Source: a virus
Taxonomy: Duplodnaviria; Caudoviricetes
IMG/VR virus record: IMGVR_UViG_3300014157_000001
Coordinates: 1 to 61,132 of that record
DNA length: 61,132 nt
Reading direction: 5' to 3' (one strand)
Notes under the pieces: model-generated
What the model saw: the letters and a program-made list of their open reading frames with translations, nothing else
Told to the model about the DNA's origin: nothing
Database searches by the model: none
Program-made: the position numbers and the translations under genes
Shown here: positions 1 through 8,416 of the stretch, piece after piece
Layout: every line of letters begins with the position of its first letter
Position numbering within the stretch: position 1 is the first letter of the stretch

Positions 1-89
1 AGGGCGGCGAACTCGCCGTCGGTGTAGCCCTGGTCGTACGAGTTGCCGGTCGGCTCGGTGGCGGCGGGGGCGATGGTCAGGATGCTCAT
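1..89 (-). CDS. hypothetical protein (5' part, runs off window)
   Basis: ATG at 89, MSILTIAPAATEPTGNSYDQGYTDGEFAA..., GC3-rich codons, follows the 112..414 gene. Confidence 0.55.
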   Translation of the reverse strand, partial: MSILTIAPAATEPTGNSYDQGYTDGEFAA

Positions 90-111
90 GGCGTCGGGTT
101 CCGTTCCGGGG

Positions 112-414
112 TTAGTGGGTGAGGGCGGGGCCGGTGGTCAGTTCGGCGGGCGCCAGCTCGTGGGCGAGTGCCGGGGCGTGGACGAAGATCGGGGCGCCGT
201 TGCCGTGGCTGGTGTCGGTGTGGAGGGTCCACATGCAGACGCCGGGCCCGGCCGGGAGGCAGGTAGCGTGGCCGCCGAGAGCGGTCCACCAGGCGGTGAG
301 CTGGTCGAGGCTGGTGGTGAAGACGTGGGCCTGGCCGGCGGTCTCGGTGATGCGGGTGAACGGCAGGGCGTTGAGGTCGGCGGCGGCCTCGGCGCGCTGG
401 GCGGTGGTGAGCAT
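112..414 (-). CDS. hypothetical protein
   Basis: GGAGA RBS upstream, typical codon bias. Confidence 0.7.
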   Translation of the reverse strand: MLTTAQRAEAAADLNALPFTRITETAGQAHVFTTSLDQLTAWWTALGGHATCLPAGPGVCMWTLHTDTSHGNGAPIFVHAPALAHELAPAELTTGPALTH

Positions 415-499
415 CGGGTCTCCCCCGGGTTGTACGGCCCGGCCACGCAGAGCCTGTTCGTCTTCGTCGTGCGTGGCCGGGCCTGGCTTGTGGGTGCCG

Positions 500-856
500 T
501 TAGTCGGTGATGGGGCGCGGGTGGTCGTGGCTGCAGTCCGGGCACTGGAGGGCGCTCAGGTTGCAGTCGGGGGCGTTGGGGGCGGTGACGACGACGCCGG
601 GCTCGTGGGCGTCGAAGATCGCTGCGCAGCCGCAGCCTTCGGTGAGGCAGTCGCAGACGGCGATGTCGTGGGAGGCGGGGGCGGCCATGCCCGCGGTGTG
701 GGCGGCGTTGTCCATGGCGTGGCGGTAGTCGTCGCCGGTGCCGGCGTGGTCGGCGCGCTTCATCCAGTGGTCGAAGGCGTCGCGCTGGGCCTGTGTCAGG
801 GACGTGTAGTCGCTGGCGGTCGGGAGGGTGATGGTGGGTATGGAGGCGTGCGTCAT
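500..856 (-). CDS. Cys-rich (zinc-binding) hypothetical protein
   Basis: MTHASIPT... with CDC-x4-CGC and C-x6-CPDC; first gene downstream of the promoter at 935-963. Confidence 0.65.
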   Translation of the reverse strand: MTHASIPTITLPTASDYTSLTQAQRDAFDHWMKRADHAGTGDDYRHAMDNAAHTAGMAAPASHDIAVCDCLTEGCGCAAIFDAHEPGVVVTAPNAPDCNLSALQCPDCSHDHPRPITD

Positions 857-934
857 CACGGCCACGGCTGGCTCCGGCTGTAACTGGGGGTGCCCTTCCG
901 CCGGTTGGGGCGGGGTGTGGGGCTTGATGGAACT

Positions 935-966
935 ATCGTAACCCATAACTCATTGCGCCGCAATGA
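935..966 (-). promoter_or_regulatory. sigma70/HrdB-like promoter whose -35 lies inside operator palindrome TCATTGCG-C-CGCAATGA (950-966)
   Basis: minus strand TTGCGG-N17-TACGAT; perfect 8+1+8 palindrome, same arms as at 15811-15827. Confidence 0.7.
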
Positions 967-989
967 CTTTCACGGGGTGTGCGGGCACG

Positions 990-1030
990 AAAAAGGCCCC
1001 TCCGCCCGGGGGCTCGGGGCGAGGGGCTTA
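990..1030 (-). terminator. intrinsic terminator
   Basis: minus strand GCCCCTCGCCC...GGGCGGAGGGGC followed by CTTTTT, just after the 1057 stop. Confidence 0.65.
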
Positions 1031-1056
1031 CCGGTGGTGCGGCGGGGCCGGCCCGG

Positions 1057-1305
1057 TTAACTGTCCGCAGCGCGCTGCTTCTTGATGACATGCTCGCGGT
1101 GCAGTACGAGGAGGTCACTCCACGAGTACCAGGTCGTTCCCCCGGAGCGCTCGGACTCCAGTCGGTCCAGCTTCGCCCACCGTCGGAGGTTGGACTCCTT
1201 GACCGGGAAGCCGGCCCGGTCGAACAGGGCGAGGGCCTCGCGGATGGTGACAAGGTCCCCGAAACGGTCGGCGTTCGTACTGGGGGCGGGTGCGGCGATG
1301 GCCAT
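1057..1305 (-). CDS. small MerR/excisionase-like HTH DNA-binding protein
   Basis: LVTIREALALF...VKESNLRRWAK...TWYSWSDLL pattern. Confidence 0.65.
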   Translation of the reverse strand: MAIAAPAPSTNADRFGDLVTIREALALFDRAGFPVKESNLRRWAKLDRLESERSGGTTWYSWSDLLVLHREHVIKKQRAADS

Positions 1306-1450
1306 GGTGCTGTGGCCTCCCATGATCGACGGCGTGCAGTTCGCAGCTGCTGCAGCCGATAACGGGTCCGGGCCGTGGGCCCGGTGGAGGGGGAATGTTC
1401 AGTTGTTGCGCATGGTGCGGGACTTACTGCTTAGACACCCGGTGTGGGGG

Positions 1451-2014
1451 TCAGGTTGCACGGGCGGCGCGCCTTTCCTCCTGGCCCTCGATGTGCCGGT
1501 GGGCCAGGTAGGCGAGCGTCCACGTGGACCGTCGCCCGTCGGGGGTTCGGCAGTGTCCGTTGCTGCACAGGGCCCGCCCGGTGCGGTGGTGCCAGAGCAG
1601 GCCCGCGCAGCCGCAGCCGGGGCACAGGTGGCGGCAGACGATGTTCGCGTTGCCGGTGAGGACGGCGTGCTCGAGGTACTGGCGGTAGACGAGGATGTCG
1701 CGGCGGCGTTGGACGGTGGCGTCGTCGAACTCGGTGTTGCGGATCATCCAGTCGTAGACGGCGGGCGCGTCTTTGGGGAGCGGCTCGATCGTGTCCGGTG
1801 ATTCGGTGGCCATGAAGGCGCGGATTTCGCGGACGGTGGCGTCGATGTGGGAGAGGGCGTCGACGTTGAGGGGGGCGGTGCGTTCGATGGAGCGGACGGG
1901 GGCGGTGCGGGCGCCGGTGTGTGATCGTCGGGGCAGTTCCACGAAGTGGTCGACGAGGTGCGCGAGTTGCGCGGCGGCTTGTTCTGCGTGGCTGTCCGTG
2001 GTCCCCATGGGCAT
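1451..2014 (-). CDS. hypothetical protein with C-terminal zinc ribbon (candidate regulator)
   Basis: CPGCGC...CSNGHC motifs, coding-type codon bias. Confidence 0.6.
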   Translation of the reverse strand: MPMGTTDSHAEQAAAQLAHLVDHFVELPRRSHTGARTAPVRSIERTAPLNVDALSHIDATVREIRAFMATESPDTIEPLPKDAPAVYDWMIRNTEFDDATVQRRRDILVYRQYLEHAVLTGNANIVCRHLCPGCGCAGLLWHHRTGRALCSNGHCRTPDGRRSTWTLAYLAHRHIEGQEERRAARAT

Positions 2015-2253
2015 ATCCCGTCCCCTGTGGGCCATCTCCGGGGTGCGCGGGGGCGTCCACACTGCCGAAGACGCGCGCACGGGGATGGTCCGGTTTCTGT
2101 CACTCCGGGTCAATCCGGACGCCCCATCATGGCACTGGTGTGGCGGGAGGTGAACCGATCGTGGCAATCGATCAGCAGTGTGTGGCGGGTCTTCACATTA
2201 GACACACGGGCAAACGGGAAGAACCCCCGGCATATGCCGCCGGGTGGGGGTGG

Positions 2254-2529
2254 TCAGTCGGTGGCGGCGATCCGGGCGGCGCGGCGTGCCCCCTCCAGGA
2301 GAGCGACCAGCTGGGCACGTTGCGCGTCGTCGACGATGCCCTTCGCGGCGGCGCCGCCCATCGTCTTGACCGCGGTGTCCATGGCGACGTCGAACGCCGC
2401 CCGCACGACCGGGTCGGCGAGCGTCGCATGGCGCTCCACCATGGCCTGCTCGAGCATGTCGGCGAGGGGCCGCAGGATCGCTTCCTCGCCGCCGCCGTCG
2501 GGTGCGGGGGGTGGTGCGGGCTGGGTCAT
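2254..2529 (-). CDS. hypothetical protein
   Basis: MTQPAPP... with GGAG RBS, helical Ala-rich ORF. Confidence 0.6.
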   Translation of the reverse strand: MTQPAPPPAPDGGGEEAILRPLADMLEQAMVERHATLADPVVRAAFDVAMDTAVKTMGGAAAKGIVDDAQRAQLVALLEGARRAARIAATD

Positions 2530-3364
2530 GGTGTCGGCTCCCCCACGGTGACGGTGGGCGGTGGCCGCGCCGTTGCGGCCGCGGGCGGTACGCGGGTTCA
2601 ACGGGATGATGCGGGCGTCACCGGTACCCGGTGGGCCGGCCGGGCTGTCGCCCGTGGGGGCGGGTTCTGCTGCGGGCATGGCGTCTCCGCTCGTCCGGCA
2701 GAGGTTCGGGAAGGAAGTGGGTTCGTACCCGGCGTCTGTGTGGCGCCGGCCCCGGTTCCGTGGGCGCGGCTGCCAGTCCACGCTCGCGGAAGGCCACTGT
2801 GGCAGCAGAAGAGTTGTGAGGGGTAGGGCGGTGGGGGTTTTCTGCCCAAATCGTTGGCCAATGGTGGTGGATTCAGGCCGGGTCTGTTACCGGTCTTTGG
2901 GGTGACGGGCTGTCACATGAAGAAGGCCGCGGCCCTCGGTGGGGCGCGGCGGGGGCGGGCATGCCCGTCTGATGCCGGTGATTGTAGGCCGGGGCGCCGC
3001 CACGGGGGAAGACTGTGGGGGGAGTTGCCCGCACGGGGTCTGGGTGCGGGTGGGGACACCGGGCTGCGAAGGCCCGTCGGGGTCCCGGCGTCCCCTGGAC
3101 CGCACTTTTTCGTTACCGCCAGTACGGCACACACAGCGTGTGCACCATTCGGCACAGAGTGAACCTGTGGGGCGCAGGTTCACTCCTCCGGGTGACTCAA
3201 AAACCCCGGCAACAGCCCCGCAATCAACCTAATTTGCCCTATGCAAAATAGGGAACGGCCCCGCTCCTTCGCAGGTCGGGAAGCGGATGAACTGGCCTTC
3301 GGTGACGCCCTCTCATCGGCGTGCCGTTCCCAACCCACCCGTCACTCCTGGTAATTTGCTCGCC

Positions 3365-4510
3365 ATGAGTACCCCAGGCGCCGGAGAAGCGCGCGAAAAA
3401 CTGCTCGTCAACCTGACCCCGGAGCTACGCCGCGACCTGCGGATCCGGGCCGCCGAGCGCGGCCTCAACATGCAGGACGCCGCCGCCTCCGCCCTCAACC
3501 ACTGGTATGACACGGCCGACACCGCCGACGCCGACACCAAGGGCGCCAAGTCCTGGGGGGTGTTCCTTCCCGCCGGCGGACCCGACCGCTTCACGCAGGA
3601 ATGCGAGACACGCAAGGTCACCAAGGTGCAGGGCATGGCGCAGGCCATCACCCTGTGGCTGCAGGCGCACCCCTCTCCGGCCGAGCGGCTCGTCAACCAG
3701 CCCGTCAAAAGGATCCTGGTGGGCAATCAGAAGGGCGGCGTCGGCAAGACGTTCGTCGCCTCCGGCCTCGCCCAGGCCATGGCGGAGATGGGGCTGCGGG
3801 TCCTCCTGGTCGACTACGACCCGCAGGCCCACCTCACCAGCCGCATGCAGATCCCCGGCCTGCCCGACGGTGCGGACAGTCTCCTCACGCACATGCTCGG
3901 CGAGGGCAAGAAGCACCTCGTCCGCTCTCTGGTCTCCCTCCCCCACGAGCGGTTCGGCGGACGTCTGCACGTCCTCCCGGCGAGCAAGGACGCGTTCCTC
4001 ATGGACGCCAAGCTGGCCCTGCTACAGGTCGGCCGCGACATCTGCCTGGCCGGTGCGCTGGCGCCGCTCGAGGTCTCCTACGACGTCATCATCCTGGACG
4101 GGCCGCCGAACCTCGGTCTGGCCATAGACCTCGCCATCAACTACGTGCAGCGCCGCCCCGGCGAGCTGATCGACCACTCCGGGATCCTGATGCCGGTCTG
4201 GTCGGACCGCTCGTCGTTCGACGCGTACGGGATGCTCAACGAGCAGATCAATGCGCACACCCGGATGACCGGTTCGGTCGTCGACCAGCTCGGGTTCGTC
4301 GTCAATGCCTACGACTCCCGCAAGGGTGTCGTCACCCGCAGCTTCTACGACGGCTGGAACGAGCTGACCACGCCCGGTGTGCTGGCCACGCTGAAGGATG
4401 CCATCGAGGGCCGGGAGGCCTCCGACTATCAGGTGCCGCTGCTGGAGCACGCGCCCGAGTCGGGTCAGGCGGAGGTCATGCGGTCGCTGGCGAAGGAGCT
4501 CGCCGCGTGA
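3365..4510 (+). CDS. parA: ParA/Soj family partition ATPase with N-terminal RHH-like repeats
   Basis: deviant Walker A NQKGGVGKT, VDYDPQA, ILDGPPNLG; N-term LLVNLTPELRRDLRIRAAERGLNMQDAAASALNHW. Confidence 0.92.
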   Translation: MSTPGAGEAREKLLVNLTPELRRDLRIRAAERGLNMQDAAASALNHWYDTADTADADTKGAKSWGVFLPAGGPDRFTQECETRKVTKVQGMAQAITLWLQAHPSPAERLVNQPVKRILVGNQKGGVGKTFVASGLAQAMAEMGLRVLLVDYDPQAHLTSRMQIPGLPDGADSLLTHMLGEGKKHLVRSLVSLPHERFGGRLHVLPASKDAFLMDAKLALLQVGRDICLAGALAPLEVSYDVIILDGPPNLGLAIDLAINYVQRRPGELIDHSGILMPVWSDRSSFDAYGMLNEQINAHTRMTGSVVDQLGFVVNAYDSRKGVVTRSFYDGWNELTTPGVLATLKDAIEGREASDYQVPLLEHAPESGQAEVMRSLAKELAA

Positions 4511-5415
4511 GCTCGAAGAAGGCGCCCCCGGTCATTCCGGTGGTCGGCGGCGACAGCACGGATACCGCCCGTGAGGACGAGTTGCGGCAGTGGGAGGAGC
4601 AGCAGGCGCGGGCGCGGGCGGAGAAGGAGACCGCGGCGGCGCCCGTGGTCCCGGCTGCCGCGCCCGTGCCGGAGCAGGCCGCCCCCACGGCGACGACGGC
4701 CGAGCCGTCCGCTCCGGCGCCCGCACTCCCCGAACCCGCGGCGCCGGCTGCCTCCGGGTACCTGCCGATGCCGGAGTTCACCGAACCGGACAGCGAAGAC
4801 CCGCAGGAGCGCCTCGAGTTCTACTCCCGCGGCGTCCTTGCCGTGCAGTACGCGGCCCGCTCCAACCATGAGCGGGCCGAGCAGCAGCGCCTCATCGGGC
4901 TCGGTCTGCGACTGCGGGCCATGAACAAGGAGGAGCTACACCTGGAGGCCGGGTTCGACACGTTCGGCGAGTTGACCGAGGCCCGCTTCGGAATCAAGAA
5001 GCATCAGGCCAACAACATCATCCGCGTGCTGGGGGTGGCGCAGGCGCTCGAGGACATCACCACCCAGGAACTCAAGGAGCGTCCGCTGCGGGTCCTGGTG
5101 CCGATACTGAACACGCACGGCGCGGACGCGGTGCGCAACACGTGGCTGGAGGCGTCCCGGCACGGCAACGTCACGGACACCGCGCTGAAGGATGCCGCGA
5201 ACTTCCTCGGGGTGGGTGCGCCGGTCGATGCGACGCCGGCCGCCGAGAAGAGGGCGCCGTCGAAGACGGTGGCGAAGCCGAGCGAGTCGCTGCAGGCGGT
5301 GGAGCGTATCCGGTCGCTGGCTGCGCAGGATCCGGCGAAGGCGCGCCGTGAGGCCGAGCAGCTCGAGAGCGCGGTACGGGAACTCCTCGAGGAGTTGTCC
5401 GGCAGCGTGCAGTAG
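4507..5415 (+). CDS. ParA partner / centromere-binding protein (non-canonical ParB-like, HTH)
   Basis: GTGA overlap with parA stop; disordered N-term, then GFDTFGELTEARFGIKKHQANNII HTH-like motif; no GERRxRA box. Confidence 0.7.
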   Translation: MSSKKAPPVIPVVGGDSTDTAREDELRQWEEQQARARAEKETAAAPVVPAAAPVPEQAAPTATTAEPSAPAPALPEPAAPAASGYLPMPEFTEPDSEDPQERLEFYSRGVLAVQYAARSNHERAEQQRLIGLGLRLRAMNKEELHLEAGFDTFGELTEARFGIKKHQANNIIRVLGVAQALEDITTQELKERPLRVLVPILNTHGADAVRNTWLEASRHGNVTDTALKDAANFLGVGAPVDATPAAEKRAPSKTVAKPSESLQAVERIRSLAAQDPAKARREAEQLESAVRELLEELSGSVQ

Positions 5416-5425
5416 TCGCGGGGGG

Positions 5426-5496
5426 GGTGGTGACCAATGGTCACCACCTTGTCGTCAGTCTGACCCGAAGGTGGTGACCAAATGGTCACCACCTTC
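5426..5496. repeat. two near-identical palindromes, candidate parS/centromere
   Basis: GGTGGTGACCA-A-TGGTCACCACC (5426-5448) and GAAGGTGGTGACCA-AA-TGGTCACCACCTTC (5467-5496) right after the par operon. Confidence 0.7.
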
Positions 5497-5665
5497 AGTC
5501 GTCTCCGTCGTCGTCCTCGTCGTCCTCGTCGTCGGGTTGCGCGTATGTCTGCCCGTCCTCGTAGGCGGCTTCCTGGAACAGGCCTTGCCAGCGGACGCGC
5601 GGTAGTTCGGGGCGTGGGCCGCGGGTGGTGACGGGGCGTTGGGTGGGCATCGGGGGTGCGCTCAT
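5495..5665 (-). CDS. small acidic-tailed hypothetical protein (56 aa)
   Basis: MSAPPMPTQRPV...YAQPDDEDDEDDDGDD; end of the leftward operon. Confidence 0.5.
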   Translation of the reverse strand: MSAPPMPTQRPVTTRGPRPELPRVRWQGLFQEAAYEDGQTYAQPDDEDDEDDDGDD

Positions 5666-5681
5666 CGTCGGGTCCAGTTCG

Positions 5682-5864
5682 TCAGGCCGCGGGGGCGTAC
5701 AGGCGGCGGAGGGTGCGGATGTGGTGGTCGAGCCAGGCCCGTTCCTCGTCGGCCTGGGCGCGGTGCCAGCGTTCCCGTTCCTCGTCGGTGAGGAGGCGGG
5801 GGTCGGTGGTGAGGTCCTCGAGCACGGGCGGCTCCGATCGGTTGGCGCGGTGATCGTGGATCAC
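5682..5864 (-). CDS. hypothetical protein
   Basis: GTG start VIHDHRANRSEPP..., operon context. Confidence 0.5.
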   Translation of the reverse strand: MIHDHRANRSEPPVLEDLTTDPRLLTDEERERWHRAQADEERAWLDHHIRTLRRLYAPAA

Positions 5865-5914
5865 AGTGCCGCAGATTCCGGGAGTCGTTCCCTCCGCTCC
5901 GGGGCCGCCAAGTT

Positions 5915-6349
5915 TCACGGTCGTAAAACAGCGTGGACGGGAATCCCGGCCTTCCGGGCGCGGCGCATGCAGTCCGCAGTCCCGCTCGAACCCGCACGCT
6001 GGAATGCGGCGCACACGTCGGCGCCGAGGTCGACCATGAGCTGGTTGCGGCGGTGCCCGGCGAACGGACAGAACTCGATACCGCGGCGGTTCCGGCGCCG
6101 GTGCCCCGGCGGGCAGTTGGCATCGCACGGGTCATCCCAGTCCGCGGCGTGCTCCTCTACGGGCACCTGGTGCTCGAGCGCCCACTGGCCGGCCATCTGG
6201 TCGGCGCCCTCGGCGGTGCCGTGGACGATGACGATGCCGTCGTGGCCGTCCTGGAGGGCGTCGTGCCACAGGTCCGCGAGGGTCTGCCGGAGGGCGGCCT
6301 CGTCGGGCCACGCGCGTGATCCGGTGATCAGGATGCGGGCCGTGGTCAC
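5915..6349 (-). CDS. SLOG-family protein (DUF2493/YspA-like)
   Basis: RILITGSRAW, IVHGTAEGADQMA, AGHRRNQLMVD, SSGTADCMRRARKAGIPV. Confidence 0.85.
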   Translation of the reverse strand: MTTARILITGSRAWPDEAALRQTLADLWHDALQDGHDGIVIVHGTAEGADQMAGQWALEHQVPVEEHAADWDDPCDANCPPGHRRRNRRGIEFCPFAGHRRNQLMVDLGADVCAAFQRAGSSGTADCMRRARKAGIPVHAVLRP

Positions 6350-6660
6350 TCGGGCACGCCCTGAGCGAAGTACGGCAGTTCGCTCTCCCACAGGCCGTCG
6401 GCACGGCGTACGAGGTGACCGAACGACACGTCGTTGAACAGGATCTCGGAGAGCTCACCGGGCTCAAGTGGCGGTTCGCCCTTGCTCGAGTACTCGATCT
6501 CGTGCCACTCGCGGACGTCGTCCACGGTGATCTTCCAGGTCTGCCCGCCGGCACCCCTCATGGTGAGCACGCCCTCGGCGAAGATGCTGTCGCGTGCGGC
6601 ACGGGCTCCGGCAGGACTGACGACGAGTCGCAAGGGCTTTGGGGCGGTCTTCTTCGGCAC
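6346..6660 (-). CDS. hypothetical protein
   Basis: AGGAG RBS, GTG start, overlaps the next gene by GTGA. Confidence 0.65.
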   Translation of the reverse strand: MPKKTAPKPLRLVVSPAGARAARDSIFAEGVLTMRGAGGQTWKITVDDVREWHEIEYSSKGEPPLEPGELSEILFNDVSFGHLVRRADGLWESELPYFAQGVPE

Positions 6661-6671
6661 GGGGTCTCCTG

Positions 6672-8165
6672 TCAGAAGGCGGGGGTGAGTGGGGTGTCGC
6701 GGGCAGCGATGGCTTCCAGGGCGAGGGCCTGGTCGACGATCCGGTTGCTGTAGATGCGGCGGGTCTCGCGCTCGCCGAGTCCTTCGATGGCGAAGCGGAT
6801 CAGGGCGGGGTTCTGCATGGCGGCGCAGCGCAGGTCGATGATCTCGTCCCGGGTGAGGTCTTCGGGCCGGAGTTCGGGCTGCTCGTCGGCGGCCGGGGTG
6901 GTCTCGATGGCGGGGGCCTGCCGCTGCTGCTGGATGGTGGCGACGGCCTCGGCCATGGCCTGCCGCGCCTCCGGGCTCTGCGGGCCGCTGCTGTAGACCT
7001 CGGCGTCCTCGGCGTGGCGGGCGCGTTCGGCGGCCCGGGAGTCCTGCCACTCCTCGACCATGGCGCGCCGCTGGGCCGGGGTCGCCGTGCGCAGGGCCTT
7101 CGGAGACAGCCGGTAGGCGAGCACCCCGGACGGGCGGCGGACATCGGCAGCAGGGCCACGGGAGAGCTCAGCGGCAGCCCACACCTCGAGCGCGGTCCAG
7201 CCGGCGTCGGCGAAGTCCCGCACGATCCATGCGATCCGTGCACGGGAGGCCTTGGCGAGCCACGGCACCGTGGCGATGAGTTCGGCGGCGAGCTGGTAGC
7301 GGCGGCCGATCTTGTTGAGCTTTCGGGGGCCGCGGTTCTTCTGCTGCTTGGGGGTGGGGGAGGTCTTCTTCCCGCTTGCGAGCTTGCTCTCAGAGGGGGG
7401 GATAGAACTAGCTGCAGGAGAGGACGCTGAAGTACCACCCTCCATTGGGGTGCAACGAGACCCCGCCGAAAACGCGGTTTTGGAGCGGCGGCGGCGTACC
7501 TTCCGGGCGGCCTTCTTCGCGAGCTTCCCGAGGAGCTTCCGGGTCTCCTGGGCGGCACCGACCGGGCGGCGCGTTGCACCCTCGCCGACGGTACGGATAC
7601 CGAGCGCCTTGTCGAATGCGGCGGGGATGGTCCGCTCGAACTCGGAAGCGCGGCCGCCGACTCCGGAGATGCGGGTGCCCTTGGAGCGGTACACGAGGAG
7701 CCCGGCCTCCCGCAGCATCCCGAGGTGGTACTGCACGGTGCGCTCGGCGACCTTCAGTTTGCGGGCGAGGTAGTCGACGGAGGGGCGGCACTCCGTCAGT
7801 CCGGCGATCTCCTGGGCGATCTGAAGGGTCGTCGGCCCGAACTTCGGCCCGTGCGTCCGTGCGGGCTTGTAGAGGCCCTTGTGGGCGAGGCCGGCGACCC
7901 AGTGGACGGCGGTCATCCAGGAGTGGGCGCAGGTGGCGATGCGGCCGGTCGTGGCGTGCAGCCACTGGCTAGCTGCGATCACCGTGGGGAGCGCGCCACG
8001 ACCGTGCCGATCACTGTATTCGTTCGGGCGTTCGAATTCGGTGACGGAGGTGCGTGTTCCGTGGGTGGGTTCGGTGCCGTCAACGTCACCCGCGTGGGCG
8101 GAGATTCGGGATGTTTCGGGCGCTGCGGGGTGCTCGACCTGACAAGAGGGGGTGCGGTGCTGCAC
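6672..8165 (-). CDS. plasmid replication initiator (winged-HTH Rep)
   Basis: PSVDYLARKLKVAERTVQYHLGMLREAGLL wHTH; RRPSGVLAYRL C-terminal motif; near par locus; start uncertain. Confidence 0.7.
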   Translation of the reverse strand: MQHRTPSCQVEHPAAPETSRISAHAGDVDGTEPTHGTRTSVTEFERPNEYSDRHGRGALPTVIAASQWLHATTGRIATCAHSWMTAVHWVAGLAHKGLYKPARTHGPKFGPTTLQIAQEIAGLTECRPSVDYLARKLKVAERTVQYHLGMLREAGLLVYRSKGTRISGVGGRASEFERTIPAAFDKALGIRTVGEGATRRPVGAAQETRKLLGKLAKKAARKVRRRRSKTAFSAGSRCTPMEGGTSASSPAASSIPPSESKLASGKKTSPTPKQQKNRGPRKLNKIGRRYQLAAELIATVPWLAKASRARIAWIVRDFADAGWTALEVWAAAELSRGPAADVRRPSGVLAYRLSPKALRTATPAQRRAMVEEWQDSRAAERARHAEDAEVYSSGPQSPEARQAMAEAVATIQQQRQAPAIETTPAADEQPELRPEDLTRDEIIDLRCAAMQNPALIRFAIEGLGERETRRIYSNRIVDQALALEAIAARDTPLTPAF

Positions 8166-8190
8166 TATGTACCTGCCGTCCTCCGGACAT

Positions 8191-8383
8191 GAAAAAGCCC
8201 GGTCGGTGGTGAATGTGGTTCCGTCCAGAACCTGAAGTTCGCTCGAATCGACCGGCTGCCAACCGGAAGAGACGGGCCTTAGCTCGAAGCAGCCACTTCG
8301 AGCCGTGGAAGTCGGCCGTGGATCGGTGAGCCAACACCGAACAAGCGGCCAGCGGTTGAGGATGAGAGCTCCCTGCCAAGGGG
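8191..8383 (-). promoter_or_regulatory. structured rep leader: four UGGC-loop hairpins plus alternative terminator (candidate antisense-controlled attenuator)
   Basis: hairpins at 8252-8266, 8282-8303, 8323-8340, 8371-8382; U-tract at 8192-8196 on minus strand. Confidence 0.6.
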
Positions 8384-8416
8384 CACCCAAGACCTCCCGC
8401 TCAGGAAGTCACTACG

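Noticed and set aside
5426-5496. Palindromic repeats as mini-CRISPR
   Set aside because: Only two copies, 18-nt gap, no cas genes
5497-5535. GTCGTCCTC-type short repeats as clt or iterons
   Set aside because: Explained by Asp/Glu codons of the 5495-5665 ORF
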